From Candidatus Thorarchaeota archaeon (GTDB taxonomy: Archaea; Asgardarchaeota; Thorarchaeia; Thorarchaeales; Thorarchaeaceae), in assembly GCA_029855935.1 (NCBI GenBank), contig JAGSHN010000012.1:32001-96000 (forward strand): DNA of 64,000 bases, written 5' to 3'. The notes beneath the pieces were generated by a model that saw nothing but the letters and a program-made list of their open reading frames with translations, did no database searches and was not told the DNA's origin. The translations under genes and the position numbers were made by a program. Below are positions 37,381-47,007 of the stretch, in pieces. Position 1 is the stretch's first letter. Each line of letters begins with the position of its first letter.

Positions 37381-37597
37381 CTTATTAATTCATTTACGCA
37401 TTCCGCTCACAACCGCGTCAGCGAGGTATAATCATGTCATCCGAGTTACGCTCCCTCGGACAATCACCGTGCCGTACGCACATCCTCCCGCCGTGGGGTA
37501 GCAGTCTAGTCACCCCCCGCAGTCCACTCGGGGTGCAGTCTCTCCCCCATAATCCGGCTGCAGAATACTCCGCGGCGTCTGTCAGACTGTTCTGGAG

Positions 37598-38101
37598 TTG
37601 GTCTGCTTGAGCGAGCGCCCCGGCCTGAGTGGCTCACTGATCGACATTGTCATTGTTGTCTTCTCCGTCGGTGTTCTTCTTGGGTCCGTCACTGTCTGGA
37701 TGGCGTCCGCGACAGTCTCGCGCGAGATAGTCTTCGTCACAACAACGGTGGCACTCGTCATTTCTCTAGTCCTTGTGATCAGCGTGGCTGCTCTCGTTGT
37801 GGTTCGACTTCACAGACGCGTGGCCCGTCTTGAGCAGTCGTTGAACAATCGGGATGAGAGGCTGCCCGCAGTGGAGCCATCTGTGGTTGTCGTAACTCTC
37901 ACGAACATCGAGCGTCGGATTCTGAACCGGCTGGAGGAGAATGATGGGATCATCGCACAGGACGAGCTCAGACGTGTCACAGGTCTGAGCAAGTCCACAC
38001 TCAGTGTTTCGTTGTCCTCGCTGGAGCGAAAGGGGCTCATCCGACGGGAAACACGGGGCAGGACGAAGATTGTCCAGATGGTCTCCAGTGTGCGTCGATG
38101 A
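37598..38101 (+). CDS. Membrane-tethered winged-helix (MarR-like) regulator
   Basis: Two N-terminal TM helices, then LT..ERRIL...QDELRRVTGLSKSTLSVSLSSLERKGLI.RE..GRTK. Confidence 0.85.
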   Translation: MVCLSERPGLSGSLIDIVIVVFSVGVLLGSVTVWMASATVSREIVFVTTTVALVISLVLVISVAALVVVRLHRRVARLEQSLNNRDERLPAVEPSVVVVTLTNIERRILNRLEENDGIIAQDELRRVTGLSKSTLSVSLSSLERKGLIRRETRGRTKIVQMVSSVRR

Positions 38102-38267
38102 TATCGTCCCTAGAACGGTCTGCGCCTCAGGTAACTCTCCATTGTTGTGAATCAGCAGCATAAGCCCCTCCCTCGTTGGCAGAGTGAACGGTTCACAGCG
38201 AACATCTATTACTATCCACTCCGGAAGATGTTCCAGAAACAATCTCCAACGGAGGAAAAGAAGAGCT

Positions 38268-40055
38268 ATGAAGCGCCACATACTGTTGGCCGCACTGATC
38301 GGCCTTCTGATAGGGACTGCAGTTGTCGGGATCGTGCCGGCGCACGCTACGACGCCCTCTGCGTCGCATCACGCTCTGCAGGCCTTTGAGCCATTCGAAG
38401 AGGTTCAGCCAGGAGTCTACCTCTACTGGCAATGGTGGAATGAGAGCTATACGGAGAGCTCCCCCAGTTACCCGAATGGGAGTGATGACTGGAGCGACGG
38501 CTGGGATGACGACTGGAGTGAGCCCAACTGGACCCCGGCTGACGGGGGCGAGTTCTTCTACTATGTGATGGATACGGACGGCAACGGCTACTGGATTGCC
38601 CAGAATATGCAGTTCAAGTCGAACTTCTCGTGGACTTGGAACAATCTGCTGGTCAGCATAGTTGTCGATCCGGACGGGTCCTACGTGTCTTGGCTTTCAG
38701 GCCAAGGTATCGAGGAGGACATCTGGGAAGTGATCTACAGCGAGGAACCGGAGGCACTCACAGGCGACGAGATTGTCGTCTTCTCTGGCTTCTACTACGC
38801 CGACACCTACAGCAGCTATCTCTTCAACATTTCATATGAGTGGTATGACGAGGAGATGCATCCTGTAGACCCGAACACCGTGATTCCTAATCTCGCCGAA
38901 GGCTACGAGTGGGCCGCCGCTATGAACGAGTCGATCAGTGATTCGTTCGAGTGGTCCTACAAGGGATTCGGCTATGACATCCACGAGATGGCTGTTGTCG
39001 CCAACCAGACACGGTGGATGGAGCACTACTTCATGGGTATGAGTGCGTTCAACGACACCAATGGTAATGGAGTTCTTGACCTGGTGTACAACACTATTGG
39101 TATCGACTTCAATGGGGACGGCCAGGTCGACTGGACGTATCAAGAGCTGAACGACACAGCCTCAGAGACCGCCTATGCCTTCTACTCAGAGGAGGCCGAG
39201 CTCGGCGCAGTTCGGACACCGTTCGTAAACTCGGATGGTCAGATTGAGTGGGGCGCAGAGGTGACGGACATCGATGGTGCCTTCTATTCGGACGACTACT
39301 GGGCCTCGATGATGCCAGCGATGCCAGGTGGGTACGAGATGGGCTGGGGTGAGGATGACCCCTCAGAGCCTGTGTCAATACCCGCGACTGTCGACTCGAT
39401 GTCCATGACGTACAGGTTTGAGATGACAGACACGGCTGCGGTTCTCAAGATAGACCAGTACGTCGGCGATTTCCACCAGCCTGGCACGAGCGACCCCGTA
39501 CCGGAGCTTGAGGGACTCAGTCTCTCTCTCGCATACTGGAGCACGTTCTCCACATACAACCTCACGGTCGAGAGTGACGACGAGATCGTCTTTGGCGATG
39601 ACTACGAGGCGGAAGAGGAATTGGTCATAGAGCCTGTCCCTGTTTCCAGTGGTGACGTTTCGTTCCAAGTACAGGACGACCTACTTGCCTCGGTCAACTT
39701 TGGAGGCACCTACGTCTGGGGCCGCGATGGTCAGACATATGATGTGGGGACTGCCCTCTATCCTCTCTTCGAGTTTGAGATGCCCTTTGAGCAGGGTGGT
39801 GGAGAGGGTGCTTTCCTGACTGAGGCTGGTCCACTCTCTGGCGGGGTCTACTACTACAGCTCATCCTACAAGAACTGGGACGGATACTCGATCACTCACG
39901 ACCCCATGTTTGAGGTCTATCCCGATGTGCCCCCAGGGCAAGTGAGTAGCTACGTCAGTGGCCTCGTCACCGCTTCCACGGTCCTCTCAATCGGTGGCGT
40001 AATCGCTGTAGTGGCAGTTGTAGCACGCATATACGTGCTGCGCAAGAGGAAGTGA
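38268..40055 (+). CDS. Acidic secreted, C-terminally anchored surface protein with DxNGxG Ca-binding-like motifs
   Basis: Signal peptide MKRHILLAALIGLLIG...AHA with SD GGAGG; DTDGNG, DTNGNG, DFNGDG; C-terminal TM + RKRK. Confidence 0.85.
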   Translation: MKRHILLAALIGLLIGTAVVGIVPAHATTPSASHHALQAFEPFEEVQPGVYLYWQWWNESYTESSPSYPNGSDDWSDGWDDDWSEPNWTPADGGEFFYYVMDTDGNGYWIAQNMQFKSNFSWTWNNLLVSIVVDPDGSYVSWLSGQGIEEDIWEVIYSEEPEALTGDEIVVFSGFYYADTYSSYLFNISYEWYDEEMHPVDPNTVIPNLAEGYEWAAAMNESISDSFEWSYKGFGYDIHEMAVVANQTRWMEHYFMGMSAFNDTNGNGVLDLVYNTIGIDFNGDGQVDWTYQELNDTASETAYAFYSEEAELGAVRTPFVNSDGQIEWGAEVTDIDGAFYSDDYWASMMPAMPGGYEMGWGEDDPSEPVSIPATVDSMSMTYRFEMTDTAAVLKIDQYVGDFHQPGTSDPVPELEGLSLSLAYWSTFSTYNLTVESDDEIVFGDDYEAEEELVIEPVPVSSGDVSFQVQDDLLASVNFGGTYVWGRDGQTYDVGTALYPLFEFEMPFEQGGGEGAFLTEAGPLSGGVYYYSSSYKNWDGYSITHDPMFEVYPDVPPGQVSSYVSGLVTASTVLSIGGVIAVVAVVARIYVLRKRK

Positions 40056-40057
40056 TT

Positions 40058-40095
40058 GGGCCGCGCCGCCCTCCCCTCTTTTTCTTTTTTTTCTT
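40058..40095 (+). terminator. GC-rich segment followed by a long U-rich tract
   Basis: GGGCCGCGCCGCCC then a long T-rich pyrimidine run right after the stop. Confidence 0.7.
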
Positions 40096-40187
40096 GACTC
40101 ATCTGTGTGATTAGCATCAATCTGTGCGCGGAAGACTATTTTACCGCTCTGTGTTCCTCAGTCATCTCCGCAGATGAGGTCAGTACC

Positions 40188-41216
40188 TTGAACAAGACGA
40201 GTATTCTATCGTGGTTTCTGTTGGTGCTCATCATATCGATAGCTGGCACCTTGAGCGCCCGGTCCGGGCCAATCCAACAGAGTAGTCTCTCGGATGATGG
40301 CGGCGCTGTGATAGTCGACCATACGTGTGTCAATCTTGACATTGTTCCCGAGCGGTGGATCTCAGAGGCCAAGAGCGATCTCCGGGTCCACTATGCCCAC
40401 ACGAGTCATGGTGGTCAGATAACCATAGGCCTTGAGAGACTGATGGCCTCCAACTCCTCTCTCGGGGTCGACATAGGCGATAACTATCTGCCAGACTCCA
40501 GTGGTCTGCTGTGCATCTATGACGGGAACGATGGCGAGTCATATATCACTCCTGATCTCTACTGGCAGGCACCGGACGGCCTGCAGATGACACAGAACAC
40601 GCTTGATGCGAACCCTGAGATATCAATCTCCCTCTGGTCGTGGTGCACGCAGCTCGACTACTACTCAGAGGAGTCTGTGCAGGAGTATCTGGATGCAATG
40701 GCATATCTGGAGTCCCAGAACCCGGATGTCACCTTCATCTATATGACAGGCAATGCACAGGCCACTGATGAAGGGGGCTACAACCGGTGGCTGAGGAATC
40801 AGATGATTCGAGAGTACTGCATCCAGAACGGGAAGGTCCTCTTCGACTTTGCAGATCTCGACTCGTGGAGTAACGGCGAACAGGCCACGTACGAATACGT
40901 CGATGGCGACACGACCTATTCGGTACCTGTGGAGCATCCAGACTTCCACGGTGATGAGGCCGGACACACGACCTTCACCAGTTGTGAGCAAAAGGCGCGT
41001 GCATTCTGGTATATGATGGCGATGCTGGCTGGTTGGACGGGACCTGATGGCGAGCACTCTACAACACCCTCGACGACATCCTCCGATACTTCGGCCGGAG
41101 GTTCAACCAACACACTGTGGTCCTGGGTGACTAATTCACAGACACTCATCATAGTTCTCTCCGTGTTCGTGGTGGCCGTCGCGGTGATTGGCGTCCGACT
41201 GCGCAGGAGAGGCTGA
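40188..41216 (+). CDS. Secreted, C-terminally anchored protein with an alpha/beta (SGNH-hydrolase-like) domain
   Basis: Signal peptide; YAHTSHGGQI, WSWC, YMTG, LFDFAD, GH motifs; S/T linker, TM and RRRG tail; TTG start with SD GAGGT. Confidence 0.7.
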   Translation: MNKTSILSWFLLVLIISIAGTLSARSGPIQQSSLSDDGGAVIVDHTCVNLDIVPERWISEAKSDLRVHYAHTSHGGQITIGLERLMASNSSLGVDIGDNYLPDSSGLLCIYDGNDGESYITPDLYWQAPDGLQMTQNTLDANPEISISLWSWCTQLDYYSEESVQEYLDAMAYLESQNPDVTFIYMTGNAQATDEGGYNRWLRNQMIREYCIQNGKVLFDFADLDSWSNGEQATYEYVDGDTTYSVPVEHPDFHGDEAGHTTFTSCEQKARAFWYMMAMLAGWTGPDGEHSTTPSTTSSDTSAGGSTNTLWSWVTNSQTLIIVLSVFVVAVAVIGVRLRRRG

Positions 41217-41261
41217 TGATCCGGACGCCCACGTGGGAGCATTCGCTCACCCTGCTCCGGT

Positions 41262-41876
41262 CTAGTTCCTTCCCCTCAGTCTTGGAATGAACATCGGCAC
41301 GCGTCTTCGATACTCGGCATACTCCTCACCGAACTCTCTGAGCAGTTCGGTTTCCTCCTTGTGTGCCACTAGGTAGTTGACCAGACACACTAGCGGGGTG
41401 GCGGCTAGGGAGTACAGGGCCGACAGGATCAGTGTCATGCCGATGTGAGACAGCACACCCCCCAAGTACTGTGGATGCCTCACGAACGAGTACACTCCAG
41501 TGGTGACAATTTGCTCTGGCCGGTGTAGTTCCGCGACGCGCAGGCTGACCGCGCGAACACCCGCCACACCTAAGATGGCACCTGGTACGAGGAAGGCGAG
41601 TCCTAGCAGCAGATGGTCCAGAGGGATGGAGATGGCCCACATACTCATGTTGCCAGCTGGCACTATGTTGAGCTTGAACCTCTCCTGGGGCGCGAGCCAG
41701 ACTCCAGCCCAGAATCCGAAGTAGAGATATCCCGACACCAGCCCGAGCTGCTCGCCTATCCTGTCGCCGCGTTCCCTGCCGTACTTCTCTCGGAGCTCTT
41801 GGTGTTCATACGACCTGAAGAGGAGAGGGAGGTCGAGGAGGAATCCCACCACACAGAGAAGGAACAGTAACGCCAC
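41262..41876 (-). CDS. Isoprenylcysteine carboxylmethyltransferase / PEMT family membrane protein
   Basis: IVTTGVYSFVRHPQY, EE..L...FGEEYAEYRRRVPMFIP. Confidence 0.9.
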   Translation of the reverse strand: MALLFLLCVVGFLLDLPLLFRSYEHQELREKYGRERGDRIGEQLGLVSGYLYFGFWAGVWLAPQERFKLNIVPAGNMSMWAISIPLDHLLLGLAFLVPGAILGVAGVRAVSLRVAELHRPEQIVTTGVYSFVRHPQYLGGVLSHIGMTLILSALYSLAATPLVCLVNYLVAHKEETELLREFGEEYAEYRRRVPMFIPRLRGRN

Positions 41877-42040
41877 ATATCACATCAATGACGTCCCATC
41901 TTATCTCCCCTACGCTGCCAAGCTGGGCAGACGATGAGTCGTGCCGTCGTGCTCGTCTGCTCCCTCGACTGTTGTGATATAGGAAAGAGATTTCTAGGAG
42001 CGAGTCAGATGTCCTGTACGCATCTGCGGGAGTCTTTGTC

Positions 42041-43258
42041 TTGACGGAGCGTCGGGTTGCCACTCAGATGTTATTGCTCTGCGTTCTGGGTGCTCTGGCC
42101 ATCTTCAGCTCAACGATGGCCAAGTCGCCTGTGCTACCTTACTTTGCCAAGTACCTGAACGCTGGGGACGCGGAAAGAGGTCTGATTGGTGCCGCCTCTC
42201 CTGCAACTGGTGTTCTTGTCAGTGCGCCCGTCGGGGTTCTGATGGATCGGAAGGGTCCCAAGCTGCTTCTATGGACTGCGGCCTTTCTGTTCGCATTTGT
42301 CCCCTTCCTCTACTTCTTTGTGACAATGCCAATCCAGCTCTTTGTCGTCCGTTTCATTCACGGATTCGCTACAGCCATTCTCGGGCCAGTGGCACTGGCC
42401 ATTGTGGCTGGCTGGTTTGGAGAGGACCGTGGCGAGAAGATGGCGCTATACTCCTCGTCCACAAGAGTCGGTCGTACGATGGCACCACTCGTGGGCGGTT
42501 TCCTGCTTGCAGTGCCCATCTTCGAACAGCTCGGTGTTGATGTCTATCGAGGGGTGTATCTCCTCTGCGGCCTTGTTGGTCTCTCAGTCCTTGCAATGGC
42601 GATACTTCTCCCCGTCGAGGTCGATAGGATCTCTAGAATGCCCTCTCCGGAGAACACCGTACCCATCTCTGCTGTACTGAGAAGGGACGTACTGGTGATA
42701 TGCGCTGCGCAGGCTGCGACCTTCTTCTTCTATGGCGCGTACGAGTTCTTCTTCCCCCTCTTTTGGGAGGAGCAGATTGGGGCTCCTGAATGGATTGCTG
42801 GCCCTGCGTTCACTCTTCTGACAATCACCCTGTTGGTGGCAGGCCCCGTATTCGGCCGCATATCAGACCGGCGTGGCCGAGTGCCATTCATAGTATCGGG
42901 TCTGTTGTCGCTGAGTGTCTTGGTTGCATTTGCCACGTTTGTCCCTGATATGTTGGTACAGTTCGCATTGATTGTCCCGATTGGCCTGTCCATTGTGGCC
43001 ACAGATGCAACAACCTCGCCCCTCGTCACTGAGCGTGTAGACCCATCCCAGAAGGGCACGGCGCTTGGTCTACTCAGTACAATAATGGACGTGGGACACT
43101 CAACAGGACCGCTGGTCGTGGGTCTTCTGCTTGTGCTCGGTGGTCACAGCTATGTATTCGCCTTCACTACCGCTGCACTCTTTCTGTCACCTATCCCCCT
43201 TCTTGTGCTCCTGATATTTAGGCGCAGAATGAGTGAAGTGAGTGAGCATGCGGCATGA
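42041..43258 (+). CDS. MFS transporter
   Basis: GVLMDRKGPK and GRISDRRGRV motif A copies. Confidence 0.9.
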   Translation: MTERRVATQMLLLCVLGALAIFSSTMAKSPVLPYFAKYLNAGDAERGLIGAASPATGVLVSAPVGVLMDRKGPKLLLWTAAFLFAFVPFLYFFVTMPIQLFVVRFIHGFATAILGPVALAIVAGWFGEDRGEKMALYSSSTRVGRTMAPLVGGFLLAVPIFEQLGVDVYRGVYLLCGLVGLSVLAMAILLPVEVDRISRMPSPENTVPISAVLRRDVLVICAAQAATFFFYGAYEFFFPLFWEEQIGAPEWIAGPAFTLLTITLLVAGPVFGRISDRRGRVPFIVSGLLSLSVLVAFATFVPDMLVQFALIVPIGLSIVATDATTSPLVTERVDPSQKGTALGLLSTIMDVGHSTGPLVVGLLLVLGGHSYVFAFTTAALFLSPIPLLVLLIFRRRMSEVSEHAA

Positions 43259-43279
43259 CCCTGAAACGGGTCATACCGC
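43250..43279. terminator. Inverted repeat between convergent MFS and ahpC genes
   Basis: GCGGCATGACCC-N6-GGGTCATACCGC. Confidence 0.55.
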
Positions 43280-43317
43280 TAGCATTGCTGTCTGGCCGAC
43301 AGATGGCAGAGTACCGC

Positions 43318-43896
43318 CTATATCTTGCCCACCAGACTGACAGACGGTGCTAGGTCCTTCTCACCAGGCTTCCATCTGGCCGGGCATACCCTGCCCTCGT
43401 GCTCGGAGACATACTTGGCTGCGAGAAACTTCCTGTGAATCTCCTCGATGTTGCGACCAATGTCGTTGCTATGAATCTCCGCCGACACGAGCTTGCCATC
43501 AGGGTCAATGATGAATGTACCCCGCAGAGAGAGGCCTACGTCCTCCAGATACGTACCGAACATCCTGCTGAGCCTTCCTGCAGGGTCGGCCAGCATCGGG
43601 TACTTGACCTTGGATATGGCCTGGGAGTGATCGTGCCACGCCTTGTGGACGTAGTGTGTGTCAGTGCTGACGCTCATTATCTCTGCGCCCTCCTTGCGGA
43701 AGTTCTCATAGAACTCGGCTGCATCCTCAAGCTCCGTCGGGCAGACGAAGGTGAAGTCCGCCGGATAGAACAGGAGGACTACCCACTTTCCCTTGTAGTC
43801 CGAGAGCCTGATCTTTCCAAAGTCGTCCTTCTCGGGGAGGTATGCGTCGACCTCGAAGTCTGGAACCTCTTCTCCAACCTGTATCACGTTGTCCAA
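43318..43896 (-). CDS. ahpC: 2-Cys peroxiredoxin (AhpC)
   Basis: FYPADFTFVCPTE and VCPARW. Confidence 0.95.
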   Translation of the reverse strand: MDNVIQVGEEVPDFEVDAYLPEKDDFGKIRLSDYKGKWVVLLFYPADFTFVCPTELEDAAEFYENFRKEGAEIMSVSTDTHYVHKAWHDHSQAISKVKYPMLADPAGRLSRMFGTYLEDVGLSLRGTFIIDPDGKLVSAEIHSNDIGRNIEEIHRKFLAAKYVSEHEGRVCPARWKPGEKDLAPSVSLVGKI

Positions 43897-43956
43897 TTAC
43901 ATCACCGGACTTAACGATAGTGAAGTAATATTAAACGATTTCGGTCCGGCATCATC

Positions 43957-44457
43957 TCAGGTGTTGGGTTCGGTATGGGAGATTGTTATGGCTGGCGCAG
44001 ACCGTCCTGACCTCATCCCACGTACCTCTCCTATCCTTGCCGCTATGCCCCCTGCGATTGCACTAAGAAGCCAGATCTGGCTCGGGTCTGTCACTGGTTT
44101 CGCGGCCCATATCTGTGGCCACAGTGGATGTCCACCGACAATCCAACCCAACAGGGAGTCGGAGACAATGGCCAGCAGGAGCATTATGAGGCCTGCAAGC
44201 ACTCCTTTGACAACGGGACAGATGTGGAGGCGCAGGCTGCAGCCCTGGTTCATCAGATTGGAGTAGGTCACGGGAACTACCACAACCGGCACAATGACCA
44301 ACCGGGTCCACCAGAAGAGCGAGAACTCAACGGACAGTCCCAGCATGACACCAACTAAGGTCGTGATCAGATAGAGCGGTAACCAGACCTTGACAATCCA
44401 CATCCATGTCTCGATGTCAGACCTCACAGACATTGTCTTATCGCCGTCCGAAGACAT
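43957..44457 (-). CDS. Membrane protein of unknown function
   Basis: Four hydrophobic segments, GCSLRLHICP loop. Confidence 0.6.
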   Translation of the reverse strand: MSSDGDKTMSVRSDIETWMWIVKVWLPLYLITTLVGVMLGLSVEFSLFWWTRLVIVPVVVVPVTYSNLMNQGCSLRLHICPVVKGVLAGLIMLLLAIVSDSLLGWIVGGHPLWPQIWAAKPVTDPSQIWLLSAIAGGIAARIGEVRGMRSGRSAPAITISHTEPNT

Positions 44458-44583
44458 GTGGTGATACTAATTACTGATGTGATGTGGTGCTCTGCCTGAT
44501 GCGCGCCGGGGGACCGAACACACCCTATGAGACGATATTGGGAACCTTGATAGGAACGGGTCTCACAATATGACTTGGTGAAT

Positions 44584-44733
44584 ATGGCTCGGCACATTGT
44601 GGTCGCGGATGACATCTACCTGCGACTGAAGGCGCTGAAGAAGCCAGGGGAGAGCTTTAGCAACGTGATCAGACGCCTGATAGAGGAGGCAGACGCAACG
44701 ATGCCTGCAAGAGTGCCCGCGTCAACCTCTTGA
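44584..44733 (+). CDS. VapB-family (DUF217-type) RHH antitoxin-like protein, 49 aa, missing from the ORF track
   Basis: MARHIVVADDIYLRLKALKKPGESFSNVIRRLIEE matches the I.V..D.Y.RL...K..GESFS.VI.RL pattern; SD-like GGTGA upstream. Confidence 0.85.
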   Translation: MARHIVVADDIYLRLKALKKPGESFSNVIRRLIEEADATMPARVPASTS

Positions 44734-44737
44734 CAGC

Positions 44738-46027
44738 TTATGGAGTTACTCGGTTCAGTACCCTTGGGAACGCGCATGCGTCTCTGATGTGATCCAGCTT
44801 GAGGAGCCACCAGACAAGCCGTTCTGTGCCAAGTCCGAACCCTGAGTGTGGCACCGAGCCGTATCGTCTTAGGTCGAGATACCACTGATAGTCTGCAGGG
44901 TCGAATCCCTCTGCCTTCACACGCTCTATGATGTTGTCAAGGTCCTCCTCTCGTGCGCCACCGGTGGTCATCTCGCCGTAGCCCTCCGGGGCCATCAGGT
45001 CGGCCGATAGGACATATCCGGGATTGTCCGGGTCGCGCTTCACATAGAACGGCTTGATCTCCTCCGGGTATCGGTAGATGAAGAAGGGCCTGTCAAAGTG
45101 GTTTGACAGTGCGCGCTCGGCTGGGGCACCAAAGTCTGTCCCGGGCCTCATGTCGATGCCCTTCTCCTGCACAATCTTGACCGCCTCATCATAGGTGATC
45201 CTCTTGAACGGCGGTCTGATTGAGAGCAGGTAGTCAGGGTCGCGTCCGAGTGAGCTGATTGCGTCAGGCATCTTCTCAGCCACTGTCTTGCATATGTACG
45301 AGAAGAGATGCTCCTGAACCTGCATTATCTCCTCAAGGCCCTTGAAGGGGCACTCCGCCTCGATGTGCCAGTACTCTGTCAGGTGGCGGACAGTCCTAGA
45401 CTTCTCGGCGCGGAAGGATGGAGTTATGGAGTAGACATCGCCAAGCGCGAAGATGAGTGCCTCTAGATAGAGCTGTGCGCTCTGGCTCAGGTATGCCATT
45501 CTGTCAAAGTACTTGAGGCTGAACAGCGTTGCACCACCCTCGCATGCGCTGCCCACAAGGATTGGTGGGAAAGTCTCCGTGTAGCCGTTCTCGTAGAACC
45601 ATTCGCGTGCCGCGCGCACGACCTCCGCCTTGACCTGCATGATCTGGGTCAGTTTGCGGCTCCGGATCCAGAGGTGTCTGTTGTCCAGAAGGACCTCGAC
45701 CGACTGATCCTTGGTGATTGGGAACATGTGTGAGGGACCAATCAGCTCAAAACCGGTTATCTCGAGCTCAATTCCTCCGGGCGCTCTCTTGTCCTCCTTT
45801 GCCAGCCCAGTTATCTTCACAGACGACTCTATACCAAGATTCTCTGGTATCTGGACCTGAGGGTTCAGATTGGGATGATGCACGCACTGGAGTACTCCGG
45901 TTTCATCACGCAACACAATGAAGGTTGCCTTGCCGTGTATCCTCTTCCTGTAGACCCATCCTCTGATGGTGTAGGTCTCACCGGGTACTTTCACGTCACG
46001 AATCTTGACGATGCCATCCGTGCTCAA
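44738..46027 (-). CDS. asnS: Asparagine--tRNA ligase
   Basis: OB domain GWVYRKR...LRD.TG; LSQSAQLYLE, FRAEKS..RHLTEYW, WYLDLRRYGSVPHSGFGLG. Confidence 0.93.
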   Translation of the reverse strand: MSTDGIVKIRDVKVPGETYTIRGWVYRKRIHGKATFIVLRDETGVLQCVHHPNLNPQVQIPENLGIESSVKITGLAKEDKRAPGGIELEITGFELIGPSHMFPITKDQSVEVLLDNRHLWIRSRKLTQIMQVKAEVVRAAREWFYENGYTETFPPILVGSACEGGATLFSLKYFDRMAYLSQSAQLYLEALIFALGDVYSITPSFRAEKSRTVRHLTEYWHIEAECPFKGLEEIMQVQEHLFSYICKTVAEKMPDAISSLGRDPDYLLSIRPPFKRITYDEAVKIVQEKGIDMRPGTDFGAPAERALSNHFDRPFFIYRYPEEIKPFYVKRDPDNPGYVLSADLMAPEGYGEMTTGGAREEDLDNIIERVKAEGFDPADYQWYLDLRRYGSVPHSGFGLGTERLVWWLLKLDHIRDACAFPRVLNRVTP

Positions 46028-46106
46028 TGCTCATCCCACGTAGGGGGCCTCATTGTGGACCTTATAATAGTATGGCCGTTGCTGACGGATTTCTTTCTGT
46101 GGCTCC

Positions 46107-46844
46107 CTACAGCCCGAACGAGTATACGTACAGCACCATCACAATGACGGCGATTATGAGCGAGGCAATTACCTGCCACTGTCTTGGCTCGGTCATCGGT
46201 TCCTCGACACGTGTGTATCTGAACCTGTCAAAGAAGAGATAGGCTATGGGCAGCGTGATGATGGTCGCCAGTATCTGGTCCGCGATCCAGTGCTGCCTGA
46301 CGAAGAGGGTCGATACCATCACTGCAATGGCAATGGGCCAAGACACGTAGCCATACTCTCTCTTTGCCCTCCAGAGGGCGTATGCTGAGAGCAGGGACAT
46401 TGAACCGTGGAGACTGGGGAAGCAGTTCACCTGTACATCTGTCTGATAGAGCAGCCTCACCTGTTCGGAGAAGAAGTCTGTCCCAGTGACTATCCGCTCG
46501 GGACCGAGCACAGGAAATATCAGATAGATCGCGTAGGCGACGAGGCTGACCACCACATATGAGATGAGCATGGCATTTCTGAACTCGCGCTGGACAAACG
46601 AGAGATACACGTAGCTGAAGAAGATGAACGAGTAGAACACGTACCAGTAGATTATGATCACCGGTGGAATGAGTGGTATCATCAGGTCCAGCGGTGTCGC
46701 CAGTGTCACCGGTGCATGTATGTGCAATGACAACTCTGCCACAGGCGTGTACAACAAGGACACACCAAGAATCACAAGGATGGTGATGATGCCATACAGT
46801 ACCCAGATGTATTCTCTCACGTCCGACATTGCGGTACTGGGCAT
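46107..46844 (-). CDS. PAP2 / Aur1-like membrane phosphotransferase or phosphatase
   Basis: YLIFPVLGP, NCFPSLH, STLFVRQHWIAD. Confidence 0.8.
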   Translation of the reverse strand: MPSTAMSDVREYIWVLYGIITILVILGVSLLYTPVAELSLHIHAPVTLATPLDLMIPLIPPVIIIYWYVFYSFIFFSYVYLSFVQREFRNAMLISYVVVSLVAYAIYLIFPVLGPERIVTGTDFFSEQVRLLYQTDVQVNCFPSLHGSMSLLSAYALWRAKREYGYVSWPIAIAVMVSTLFVRQHWIADQILATIITLPIAYLFFDRFRYTRVEEPMTEPRQWQVIASLIIAVIVMVLYVYSFGL

Positions 46845-47007
46845 CTCGTCCTACCAAAAATACGTTCCTCTTCAATCTGGCACGTCGCGTACCCCACTGT
46901 GAGTCGGTCGATAACAAGAGGCCGAGTCTTGTAGAGAAGAAATGGTGGACGAGGGGCTATGCACCAAGAGGCGCAAAGACCCTCATCCTGTTGCTGTTGC
47001 CGGAATC

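Noticed and set aside
37430-37600. GC-rich intergenic stretch resembling a tRNA or small ORF
   Set aside because: No T-loop GTTCRA or cloverleaf on either strand; the short ORF has no SD or recognisable features.
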